Of a stretch of 64,000 bases of DNA, positions 22,646 to 31,427 are shown piece after piece (the stretch's first letter is position 1; each line of letters starts with the position of its first letter). This DNA is from Candidatus Margulisiibacteriota bacterium (GTDB lineage: Bacteria; Margulisbacteria; WOR-1; JAHJIW01). The translations under genes were made by a program, and so were the position numbers. Under the pieces are notes generated by a model, which worked only from the letters and a program-made list of their open reading frames with translations, ran no database searches and had not been told where the DNA came from. Where the stretch lies: assembly GCA_018823125.1 (NCBI GenBank), contig JAHJIW010000010.1, positions 26,954 through 90,953 on the forward strand, read 5' to 3'.

Positions 22646-24343
22646 GTGAACGTACAGGCAATCCTCTTCGGTACCATCGGCGGCATCGGCATGTTTATCT
22701 TTGGAATGAAACTTCTCTCTGAAGGCATGCAAAAAATCGCCGGACCTAAACTTCGCAAATTGCTTGAAATGCTCACTACCCACCGCCTGGCCGGCGTTTT
22801 AGTTGGAACCGTGGTTACCGGCATCATTCAAAGCAGTAGCGCCACTACGGTCATGGTAGTTGGTTTTGTAAATGCCGGATTAATGAATCTAACCCAAAGT
22901 GCCGGCGTTATTTTAGGTGCAGATATTGGAACCACCATCACCGCCCAAATGATCGCCTTTAAAGTCCATAAATTTGCGCTTCCCATTTTAGGAGTCGGTG
23001 CCCTATTATATATATTCGGCGGCCGGAAAAATTTTAGAAACGCCGGCCAAGCCCTGCTGGGTTTTGGTCTCCTTTTCTTTGGCTTAGCAACCATGAGTGG
23101 CGCTTTTGTTCATTTGAAAGATAGTCCTACCTTCATAAATTTATTTATAAAATTCAGCACTAATCCGCTCTTGGCAATTTTTGCCGGCACAGTTTTAACC
23201 ATGATACTCCAAAGCAGTAGCGCCACCGTAGGTATTACCATTGCCCTGGCTTCGGCCGGCATGTTGGATTTTAGCGGTGCCTTTGCATTGGTACTGGGTG
23301 AAAATATCGGAACTACCATCACCGCGCAGCTAGCAAGTATTGGCACCTCCGTCAGCGCCCGGCGATCGGCCATGATGCATACATTATTTAAGGTTTTCGG
23401 GGTCATCTATATGTATGCCCTATTATTCGTTAAAGTGGACGGGGTTCCTGTCTTTTTAAAATTTATTGATATCATAACTCCGGGAAATGTTTTTGCTGAC
23501 GGCGGCAACATTGAAAGACACATTGCTAACGCGCACACGTTTTTCAACGTTTTTAACGTTTTAATCTTTCTTCCTTTAATTGGATGGGTTATCAACATTG
23601 CTAAAAAACTGGTTCCCGGTGAAGATGAAACCGTTGAACGCGGAGCTAAGCATTTAGACAAACGCATGCTGCATATCCCAGCCGTAGCCCTGGACCAAGC
23701 CCAAAAAGAAACTATTCGCATGGCCAAAATTGCCAAAGAAATGATCCATCTATCCATGCAGGGACTTTACAACCATAAAGATTTTTCTTTAAGAAAAGTG
23801 CTCGACCGAGAGGAAATCACTGATGAACTGCAACGGGAAATAATTGACTTTTTGGTTGAACTTGAACAAAGGGAGCTTTCTGAGGCTGAATCACAGCAAT
23901 CATCAAAATTAATGCATCTGGTTAACGACATCGAAAAAGTTGGCGATCATGCCGAAAACATTGTTCAGCTGGCACAGATCAAAGTAGAAGATCGCCTCCG
24001 CTTCTCCAAAGAAGGAGAAGATGAGCTGCGGGTCATGCAAAAAAACGTAGAAGAACTTTTTGAGAAATCAATTATTGCCTTTGAAAACAACGACGTTGAT
24101 TTGGCCTGGGAATGCAAGAAAATTGAAGATCTGATCGACTTCCAAAAGGGCGAATTTCGAACCCATTACATTAAACGCTTAAGTAATGGCCACCTTACTT
24201 CTGCGGCTGGAATAATCTTTATTGATGTAGTCAGTAATTTAGAACGCATCGGTGACCACGCCGTTAAATTGGCCAAATGGACCATCAGTAAACCAAAATC
24301 CCATTTGTCGGATACAGACGAAAATTTAGCCCCCGTAGCCTAA
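22646..24343 (+). CDS. nptA: Na+/phosphate cotransporter family protein (NptA type, with C-terminal PhoU-like domains)
   Basis: 565 aa. Duplicated Na/Pi-cotransporter motifs (QSSSATTVMVVGF, QSSSATVGITIAL). C-terminal helical PhoU-like repeats. GTG start. Confidence 0.85.
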   Translation: MNVQAILFGTIGGIGMFIFGMKLLSEGMQKIAGPKLRKLLEMLTTHRLAGVLVGTVVTGIIQSSSATTVMVVGFVNAGLMNLTQSAGVILGADIGTTITAQMIAFKVHKFALPILGVGALLYIFGGRKNFRNAGQALLGFGLLFFGLATMSGAFVHLKDSPTFINLFIKFSTNPLLAIFAGTVLTMILQSSSATVGITIALASAGMLDFSGAFALVLGENIGTTITAQLASIGTSVSARRSAMMHTLFKVFGVIYMYALLFVKVDGVPVFLKFIDIITPGNVFADGGNIERHIANAHTFFNVFNVLIFLPLIGWVINIAKKLVPGEDETVERGAKHLDKRMLHIPAVALDQAQKETIRMAKIAKEMIHLSMQGLYNHKDFSLRKVLDREEITDELQREIIDFLVELEQRELSEAESQQSSKLMHLVNDIEKVGDHAENIVQLAQIKVEDRLRFSKEGEDELRVMQKNVEELFEKSIIAFENNDVDLAWECKKIEDLIDFQKGEFRTHYIKRLSNGHLTSAAGIIFIDVVSNLERIGDHAVKLAKWTISKPKSHLSDTDENLAPVA

Positions 24344-24354
24344 AGGAGGAAAAC

Positions 24355-24486
24355 ATGCCATTACCCGTAGTCATAACTTTAATCATCTGCGGCACCATCA
24401 TCATCATTACTTTAATTGCGATACTCTTTGCAGCCTGGGTTATCCAAAAGGGCGCCGAATTTGCCAAAGATAAAGACAAAAAATAG
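24355..24486 (+). CDS. small hydrophobic membrane peptide (43 aa, MPLPVVITLIICGTIIIITLIAILFAAWVIQKGAEFAKDKDKK)
   Basis: AGGAGG RBS 7 nt upstream of the ATG. Lies 12 nt after the nptA stop. Single TM helix with a charged tail. Not in the ORF track (under 60 aa). Confidence 0.45.
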   Translation: MPLPVVITLIICGTIIIITLIAILFAAWVIQKGAEFAKDKDKK

Positions 24487-25672
24487 GCCCGAGTTATTGC
24501 TCCCCGCCGGCAATCTTGCTAAATTAAAGACCGCCATTCTTTTTGGAGCGGATGCAGTCTACGTTGGAGGGAAAGGTTTAAGCTTAAGAGCCCCGGCTGA
24601 AATGGACCTTAGTGAGCTAAGCAGCGCCGTGGCTCTTTGCCGAAAAAGCAAAGTAAAAATCTATCTGGCCGCCAATCTCTTCCCCCACCAGAATGATCTC
24701 AAAACAGTAAAAAAACAGTTAAAGAAATTTTTACCCTTAAAATTTGATGCGGTATTAGTTAGCGATCCCGGCTTGCTTTTGATCATCAAAAAGCTGTCTC
24801 CTCAGACTAAACTTCACCTCAGTGTTCAAGCTAATACGTTAAACAGCCAAAGTGTAAATTTCTGGAAAAAACAAGGAGTAAAAAGAATTGTGCTGGCGCG
24901 CGAACTTCAGTTTGAAGAAATCAAAGCCATTCGCAAGCTTTGCCCGGATATCGAACTCGAAGTCTTTGTTCACGGGGCCCTTTGTTTATCTTACTCCGGC
25001 CGCTGCTACCTCAGCCAATATTTAAACGAGAGAAACGCTAATCAAGGTGCCTGCAGCTATCCCTGCCGCTGGAAGTATTATTTAAGAGAGGAAGATCCTT
25101 CCCGCGAACTAGTAATTGAAGAAGATGCCCGCGGCGTCCATCTACTAAACATTCGGGACTTGTGTTTAGCGCCTTATTTATACGATTTAATAAAAATCGG
25201 TATTAACTCTTTTAAAATCGAAGGCCGCATGAAAAGCGAGTTCTACGTGGGCACGGTCGGACGAATTTATCGGCAAATTATGGATGCCTATCCTCATGAA
25301 TTTAAAAAAGAATGGCTCAATGAGCTAAAAAAGGTCAGCAACCGCGCCTACTCTACCGGATTTTTCAGAGGAAAACCGGGTAAAGATCAGATGCGTTTTG
25401 ACAGTTCACAATACGTTAAGCCCTATCGCTTTGTCGGAATAGTTATTGGTAGTAATAAAAAGACCATCACCATTAAAGTAAAAGACCACATTAGGCTAAA
25501 AGACAAGATTGAGGTAATTGATCCAAAAATTGATAAAGTTCATTTTTTCAAGATAAATTCGATGTATTCAGACAAAAAAGGCGCCGTACAAAAAGTTGGA
25601 GCCGGATACACAATTACAGTTGAAGCCCCGTATAATATCAGTGAAGGTTCTCTTTTGAGAGTAAAAAACTAA
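24416..25672 (+). CDS. peptidase U32 family protein (collagenase-like / YhbU-type)
   Basis: U32 N-terminal signature PELLLPAGNLAKLKTAILFGADAVYVGG. 5' end uncertain: the track ORF begins with TTG at 24416, overlapping the small peptide gene. The true start may be an alternative codon near 24497. Confidence 0.8.
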   Translation: MRYSLQPGLSKRAPNLPKIKTKNRPELLLPAGNLAKLKTAILFGADAVYVGGKGLSLRAPAEMDLSELSSAVALCRKSKVKIYLAANLFPHQNDLKTVKKQLKKFLPLKFDAVLVSDPGLLLIIKKLSPQTKLHLSVQANTLNSQSVNFWKKQGVKRIVLARELQFEEIKAIRKLCPDIELEVFVHGALCLSYSGRCYLSQYLNERNANQGACSYPCRWKYYLREEDPSRELVIEEDARGVHLLNIRDLCLAPYLYDLIKIGINSFKIEGRMKSEFYVGTVGRIYRQIMDAYPHEFKKEWLNELKKVSNRAYSTGFFRGKPGKDQMRFDSSQYVKPYRFVGIVIGSNKKTITIKVKDHIRLKDKIEVIDPKIDKVHFFKINSMYSDKKGAVQKVGAGYTITVEAPYNISEGSLLRVKN

Positions 25673-26379
25673 GGACGCTCGCCTTTCAATTCTTTAACTA
25701 CCGCGGCATAATCCTTTGATCCGTAAAGATACGAGGCCGAAACCAAAATATCCGCCCCCGCTGCGATCACTTTAGGAGCAGTTTCAGCATTAATCCCACC
25801 GTCTACTTTAATCAATCCCTTAAATTTGCTTCTGATTTGCTTAATCTTGGGCAAGGCGCTTTCAATAAATTTCTGTCCGGAAAAACCGGGATTAACACTC
25901 ATTACTAACACCAGATCAATCTCCCCTAGAAAATCTTCAAGCAGAACTGCCGAAGTACCAGGATTAAGCGCGAGTCCAACCTTCTTGCCCAAAGATCTGA
26001 TCTTAGCGATATCTCTCTTTAAATCCTCTCGCTTAATCCTGGTTGCCGTCCTGGGAGTAGTTTTGATGGTATTTACGTCATGCTGCTTAACATCATAAGA
26101 TTCGACATGTAAGGTTATGATGTCAGCTCCCGCTTTAGCAAAATCCTCAATGTAAAGCCACGGATTATCAATCATTAAATGCGCATCCAGGTTAATTTTA
26201 GCTAAGGTTCTAACCTTTTTCACGATCGGCGGACCAAATGATATATTAGGAACGAAATGTCCGTCCATAATATCGAGGTGAAAATACCCTACCCCCGCCG
26301 CCTCCGACTTTTTAATTTCCTGCGCTAAGTTTCCAAAATCACAGGATAAGATACTGGCAGAAATTTGAATTTTTTTCAT
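25669..26379 (-). CDS. rpe: ribulose-phosphate 3-epimerase
   Basis: 236 aa. Signature ILSCDFGNLAQEI...HLDIMDGHFVPNISFG. Confidence 0.9.
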   Translation of the reverse strand: MKKIQISASILSCDFGNLAQEIKKSEAAGVGYFHLDIMDGHFVPNISFGPPIVKKVRTLAKINLDAHLMIDNPWLYIEDFAKAGADIITLHVESYDVKQHDVNTIKTTPRTATRIKREDLKRDIAKIRSLGKKVGLALNPGTSAVLLEDFLGEIDLVLVMSVNPGFSGQKFIESALPKIKQIRSKFKGLIKVDGGINAETAPKVIAAGADILVSASYLYGSKDYAAVVKELKGERP

Positions 26380-26420
26380 ACAAAGATATTCTATACGAAA
26401 GAGCGGGTTTTGTCATTACA

Positions 26421-26458
26421 AAAAAAAGCCGGCTTACAAAATAAATTTGTAAACCGGC
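26421..26458 (-). terminator. intrinsic terminator downstream of the SLH-porin gene
   Basis: Minus-strand transcript has a 12-bp stem with one mismatch (GCCGGTTTACAAA / TTTGTAAGCCGGC), loop TTTATT, then TTTTTTTT. Confidence 0.7.
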
Positions 26459-26486
26459 CTCGTAAATACTAATCCGAAACTAAGAA

Positions 26487-27806
26487 TTAGTAAGTAACTA
26501 TCGCTCCGAGCTCGAGTCTGTCAGTTTTTCCGTTAGTTACATTGTTTAACATGAGCCGATAAGCTCCGTAAACAGAAACTAAATCAGAAGACTGCAGAGA
26601 CAGCTTTGGCTCAATCCAGGTAGTTTGTAAAGTTCCTAAACCAGTACCTGTAAAGTTAAGTGCCAATCTGCCAGCAAAATCTAAGTTATCGGTTACTTTT
26701 TGATCAAGTAAAGCACCGATATAGCCGCCTGCTCCGGTAATTAAAACTTCATCGAAAACTTGAGTTCCGACATAGTCTTCACCTAAAGCAGTTTGCCATT
26801 GTCCACCTAGTTTGTATCCTTCTAAGTAGAGCATGGTTCCGGTATTCCAAATGTCATCTAATGTCAGCATTGCAGCTACATATAATGCATTGGAGTTAGA
26901 ACCATTGATACCTAGCTTACCTCCAACCTTAACTCCATCGGCTGGCATAGCAACACCCTTAACGTTTGCTTGCTTTTTACCGCCAGAAGCAAGTGGGTTA
27001 GCTACTCCAACGGGTTGATATAGGTCGATAGAACCACTAATTGAAGATTCTCCAAGCCATGGTAATTCAGTGCTGAATGCACCGATCATCGAATATTGTT
27101 CTGATGCATTAGCGATCAGACCATTGTTATATTCGTAGGCGCCACCAACTGTCATGCCGTACATTTCGGTGGTCATTTGGATCATATCTTCATTGTGGTA
27201 TTGGTCGCCATTACCTTGTGATAAGTTAATGGTAATTGGGAAACCAAAGTCATCGATGGTCGTGTGAGCTGCTAAATCAAGCAGACCATTAGCAACGATA
27301 TCGTAGTTACCAAAAGCTAAGTTGCCTGCGTTGGTTTTGGTGTCTAATCCGATTTCAAATCCGGTGTCCGGACCTAAATCTTTAGCGATATCCATAACAA
27401 CTCTGTATTGTCCAGCAATTGTTCGGTTACCATCACCAATAACCTTGTTCAACAAGCCTCTTACTTGGTAGTATCCGCCGATTGACCATCCTTCAGCTTT
27501 TCCAGCAGCACTTTTAGCTAGTTCTGATTTGATTAAGTCTCGCAACTTATCTTCAGAAACTCCGCCGGTGCCAATGGATTTAGCCAACTTATCAAGCATA
27601 ACGGCTGCTTGATATCTGGTAACTGACATGTTACCTCTGTAAGTTCCATCTGGAAATCCAGTGATAATTCCTCGGTTTACCAGATTGTAAACATAATCCG
27701 CTGCCCAGTGAGTATCCGGAACATCTTTAAATTTTAAGGCAACGGTTGGAACTGCTAATGCAACCAATAGCAATCCAACTAATGAAACTAATAATATTTT
27801 CTTCAT
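26487..27806 (-). CDS. SLH-domain outer-membrane beta-barrel porin (OmpM/Slp-like OM-to-cell-wall tether)
   Basis: 439 aa. Signal peptide. N-terminal SLH domain (FKDVPDTHWAADYVYNLVNRGIITGFPDGTYRGNMSVTRYQAAVMLDKL). Short helical linker. Gly/Tyr-rich amphipathic beta-strand region ending in a C-terminal aromatic (..GAIVTY). Confidence 0.75.
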   Translation of the reverse strand: MKKILLVSLVGLLLVALAVPTVALKFKDVPDTHWAADYVYNLVNRGIITGFPDGTYRGNMSVTRYQAAVMLDKLAKSIGTGGVSEDKLRDLIKSELAKSAAGKAEGWSIGGYYQVRGLLNKVIGDGNRTIAGQYRVVMDIAKDLGPDTGFEIGLDTKTNAGNLAFGNYDIVANGLLDLAAHTTIDDFGFPITINLSQGNGDQYHNEDMIQMTTEMYGMTVGGAYEYNNGLIANASEQYSMIGAFSTELPWLGESSISGSIDLYQPVGVANPLASGGKKQANVKGVAMPADGVKVGGKLGINGSNSNALYVAAMLTLDDIWNTGTMLYLEGYKLGGQWQTALGEDYVGTQVFDEVLITGAGGYIGALLDQKVTDNLDFAGRLALNFTGTGLGTLQTTWIEPKLSLQSSDLVSVYGAYRLMLNNVTNGKTDRLELGAIVTY

Positions 27807-27980
27807 TGTTTGACCTCCCCGGTCATTTTGTAATTTTGGTTTCGAGGTCTTAATTTAAGAAGTTTCCATGTTTCCTTCAAAAAAAATTAACCAAGAAACC
27901 AATCATGAAAAACAGGTAGGTGGGGACCAAGTATACGTCTCACCTCCTTTCGTAAACCACCTATCCTTCAATTTGGCAAT

Positions 27981-28009
27981 ATTGTAGCACAGGCATCTTA
28001 TTTGTCTAC
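27981..28009 (-). promoter_or_regulatory. putative strong sigma70 promoter of the SLH-porin gene (TAGACA, 16 nt spacer, TACAAT), giving a 5' UTR of about 165 nt
   Basis: Hexamers read on the minus strand. GGGAGG RBS precedes the ATG. Confidence 0.4.
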
Positions 28010-28037
28010 ATATTTTTTGCTGATTTGAAAAGAATTT

Positions 28038-29513
28038 TTATAGGATTACTTTGGGCGGTTTTTTGAAGATTTTTGCGTACATTTCGGGGTATTTATCTTT
28101 TCCACACAGCAAAGCTGCCAAGAGAGGCATTTTTTCTCTAGCCTTTGCCGACATTTGAGCAGAAATGCGTTGAATATCCCATTGCGCATGGGTATCTTCT
28201 CTTAATCTTGCTACATGATAGAGTTCTCTGGCATTAACCCGGATTAATACCCGGCGCTGATGCGCGTTAGTTAATACGTATTGTGCAGCTTGCGCGTTCT
28301 TTTTAGCTAATTTAGCATAAACTTCATTAGTCTCATTAATTATCTCCATAAAAGCCTTTTCTTTACCTAATTCCTTGATCGAATCAGGAATAACTACGCC
28401 CAACGCCGGATCATAGTTTTGCGTGGTAATGGTAGCCATGCGGTGACGTTTAAGCTGGGCAAAACAAGCCGCGGAAATAACCAGCTCGTAGGTTAAATTT
28501 ACAAATTCAAACTCCCGTAAAACCGAATCATAAAGTTCCATATATTGAAAAGTTTTATTAAATATTTCTTCTTTCTGTTTTCCGCCCAGTTTTTTAGCTT
28601 TTGCAAAACTTTCAGCATAAGAAAACCCTGAAATACTGTGTAGTAAAGCGGCTAAAACTTTTTCATCCGCATTGGCCGAATAATCCACCAAAGAAACGCG
28701 ATTCGATGAAACCGGTTCTGGCTTAATATTCATTTCCCGGGAAACATAACTTTCTAGTTCGCCATAAGTTTTTTGGTCGAAATCATTAGCCGCAGCAAAA
28801 AGAATTATCGAAGGAGCAATTTTTTCAACCAACCCGTACATTTTTTTGCCGATTGCAGAAACTTCCTTTAAACTTTGCGAAGCAAAACGACGAAACAAAT
28901 ATTCTAAATTTCGAGCATTAATGGTCATCCCTAACTGGCCAAAAGTTGCTAGTGAAGTAACGTAGCGCGCATCTTCCTTGGCCCACCCCTCTAATAAACT
29001 ATTATTTTTTGGATGAGCTGCCAAGCTACTATGTTTTTTGAAGACCAGTTTCTTTAATTCTTCAAAAAGCTCGTGGTACATTACATTTTGTTTTTTAATG
29101 ATTCCCACAAAATCGTTTTCGAGATCAGCTCCTTTAAATTCTTCCGGAATCACAAAATCATCACCTAATGTAATATACCTTTGCGATTTTTCGGTATAGG
29201 AACCTAAACGAAAGCGCTCCAGATACTCCATCGCCAGCCGTGAAACCCCGATAATATCAAAGTTAAATACGGCATGTTCGGCAACGGAATGGTGCCCCAT
29301 TTTAAAGATGATGGTGCTGTTGGATTTACGGGTACTTTCTACTTCTTTTCGGGAAACGGCGCGCAGCTCATCCACCGGGCGGGGATCACGTGAGATGCGG
29401 GCATAAGCCGCCGAGAGCGTTTCCGGGGTAACGTCCGAACGTGGAGGAGAATTCTTTTTTAACTCCTCTAAAACATCGGTGTCAACATTATAACCAGAAA
29501 GAATTATTTTCAT
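28038..29513 (-). CDS. thyX: ThyX-like protein (Thy1 domain, FAD-dependent thymidylate synthase family), tandem/extended form
   Basis: 491 aa. N-terminal half carries GHHSVAEH...RFR-LGSYTEKSQRY (ThyX motif with His to Phe). C-terminal half has a second RHR-containing Thy1-like region. Confidence 0.55.
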   Translation of the reverse strand: MKIILSGYNVDTDVLEELKKNSPPRSDVTPETLSAAYARISRDPRPVDELRAVSRKEVESTRKSNSTIIFKMGHHSVAEHAVFNFDIIGVSRLAMEYLERFRLGSYTEKSQRYITLGDDFVIPEEFKGADLENDFVGIIKKQNVMYHELFEELKKLVFKKHSSLAAHPKNNSLLEGWAKEDARYVTSLATFGQLGMTINARNLEYLFRRFASQSLKEVSAIGKKMYGLVEKIAPSIILFAAANDFDQKTYGELESYVSREMNIKPEPVSSNRVSLVDYSANADEKVLAALLHSISGFSYAESFAKAKKLGGKQKEEIFNKTFQYMELYDSVLREFEFVNLTYELVISAACFAQLKRHRMATITTQNYDPALGVVIPDSIKELGKEKAFMEIINETNEVYAKLAKKNAQAAQYVLTNAHQRRVLIRVNARELYHVARLREDTHAQWDIQRISAQMSAKAREKMPLLAALLCGKDKYPEMYAKIFKKPPKVIL

Positions 29514-29526
29514 GACGTGCTGGGTA

Positions 29527-30207
29527 TTATACCAGTTTTTTTAAGAATCTCCACTCGCCGGATTTTAAATCCTCGAGTTCAATTTTTCCGATCCGGATTC
29601 GTTTCAGGCGGGTAACGGTTAACCCCACCCTTTTACACATTTTTCTGATTTGGCGGTTCATGCCTTCGTGAATGGTCATTAAAAACTTTTTATCACTCAG
29701 CCTTTTGATACGCGCAAACGCAGTTTTTTTGCCATCCAGGCTGATCCCTTTCTTCAATTGATCAATTTGTTTTGGGGAAATTTTTTCATTAACTTCAACT
29801 AAATACTCTTTTTCGTGCTCAAATTTAGGATGGGTTAATTTATAGGCCGCTTCCCCGTCATTAGTTAATAAAATTAATCCCTCAGTATCTTTATCTAATC
29901 GCCCGACCGGAAAGATACGTTCTTCAATATCCACTAAATCCAATATGGTTTTTTCTTGATACTGCTTACAGGAAGTAACCACGCCGCGGGGTTTATTGAG
30001 CATGATGTAGATTTTTTTATGCGCAGTTTTTAAAGCTTTGCCGTTAAACTCGACAACATCTCTTTGTGGATTAACCTTAGTCCCTAAGGTTTTGACCACT
30101 GCACCGTTGACTTTAACGTTACCCTTAAGAATTAATGCTTCGGAGGATCGGCGTGAGGCTACCCCGCACTCGGCCAAGTATTTTTGAAGCCTAACTTTAT
30201 CACTCAT
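29527..30207 (-). CDS. pseudouridine synthase, RsuA/RluB family
   Basis: 226 aa. N-terminal S4 domain (RLQKYLAECGVASRRSSEALI). Catalytic motif GRLDKDTEGLILLTNDG. Confidence 0.85.
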   Translation of the reverse strand: MSDKVRLQKYLAECGVASRRSSEALILKGNVKVNGAVVKTLGTKVNPQRDVVEFNGKALKTAHKKIYIMLNKPRGVVTSCKQYQEKTILDLVDIEERIFPVGRLDKDTEGLILLTNDGEAAYKLTHPKFEHEKEYLVEVNEKISPKQIDQLKKGISLDGKKTAFARIKRLSDKKFLMTIHEGMNRQIRKMCKRVGLTVTRLKRIRIGKIELEDLKSGEWRFLKKLV

Positions 30208-30215
30208 TGGTCATA

Positions 30216-31418
30216 TTAAAAGGCAATCCCGATTTCGTAATACTGAGTTTCTTCAACTCTGCCCAGGTCAGAATTATAAGCTTTCTTATAGTGGACCGTT
30301 ACGTTGGTCGCCGGATTAAGTTTATAGGTTACCGACCCACCTATAATGGCGCCTTCTTCTAATGAAACTGACCGGAAACTGGCAAAATTTGGTTGTGAAT
30401 AATAACCAGTGGCCGAAATCTGATCGGATAAAATCGCACTGGCTAGTCCGTTCAGCGCCGGATTAGTATCGGTATAATCTTCATAAGTAATCGAACCTTC
30501 TACCCGATTGGCCAGGTTAACCGCAAAGGTCCCCAGGTAACCATTTTTGCTGGTGTTTCCGGCTTCTGCAGAAGTTAAGTCCACCGGATTGCTTTCGTAT
30601 TCGATATTAAAATATTCGGGAACAAAGCCAGAATCCAGCATACGATAGGTAAAAGAAAAGGAAGCCGAAGCTACCCCCAGTAAATTAAACGCCCACCCGG
30701 TTCCGGCACCGTAGGCATTACCGTGGCCCACTAATTGTCCGGCTTCAGCATATAAATCCCAACCCGGCACAATAGGAACGGTTGCATCCACCCCAAATCC
30801 AGACTGCGCTGGAAATAGTTTTGTGGTCCCATCAGTTTGCATTATATTTACCCCATCTGCATCGGTTACATAATATTCAGTTAAAGTTAAGCGCGGAAAA
30901 ACGCGCTCTTCGGCCGCTACGTAATAAACGTGGGAATAAGTTCCCATTGCCGAAGCCCCGTAAATATCCCAGTTATAAAAACCGCGCAGTCCCATCTGTT
31001 CGTTATTTAAGATGGTGTAATTAACGTTGCGGGTAGTGTAATTACTCATGATTAAACCGTGACCTAAAGTTACGTTATCTAATACCCCATAGCGTAAACC
31101 TTTGGCCCCGTCATCGTATTCGGCATAGCGGAAAACAATATTTTGAATATTATTAGGGCGGTCTCCCCCTAATGGAATATTAAAATCCAAGCCCAATCCC
31201 CACGGCCCCGCTCTCCAATCCGGACTCCAGGCAATCACGCCTACTTCTGATGATCCTTCCTTTACGTAACCCAGGGTTAATCCGTTAGAAAACTGCGACG
31301 CCAGGGACGTCGTGCCTGAAGTATCCGTAGTAATCAAAGTTGAACCAGAGGTTATGGCAAAAGCGCCCGAAGCGGTAAGTACTAAAGCAAATAATATAAT
31401 AATTATTGTTTTTTTCAT
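30216..31418 (-). CDS. predicted outer-membrane beta-barrel protein (hypothetical porin)
   Basis: 400 aa. Signal peptide with AFA cleavage site. G/S/T/Y/N-rich alternating pattern. C-terminal ...YYEIGIAF with terminal Phe (OMP sorting signature). Confidence 0.55.
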   Translation of the reverse strand: MKKTIIIILFALVLTASGAFAITSGSTLITTDTSGTTSLASQFSNGLTLGYVKEGSSEVGVIAWSPDWRAGPWGLGLDFNIPLGGDRPNNIQNIVFRYAEYDDGAKGLRYGVLDNVTLGHGLIMSNYTTRNVNYTILNNEQMGLRGFYNWDIYGASAMGTYSHVYYVAAEERVFPRLTLTEYYVTDADGVNIMQTDGTTKLFPAQSGFGVDATVPIVPGWDLYAEAGQLVGHGNAYGAGTGWAFNLLGVASASFSFTYRMLDSGFVPEYFNIEYESNPVDLTSAEAGNTSKNGYLGTFAVNLANRVEGSITYEDYTDTNPALNGLASAILSDQISATGYYSQPNFASFRSVSLEEGAIIGGSVTYKLNPATNVTVHYKKAYNSDLGRVEETQYYEIGIAF

Positions 31419-31427
31419 AAATTCCTC

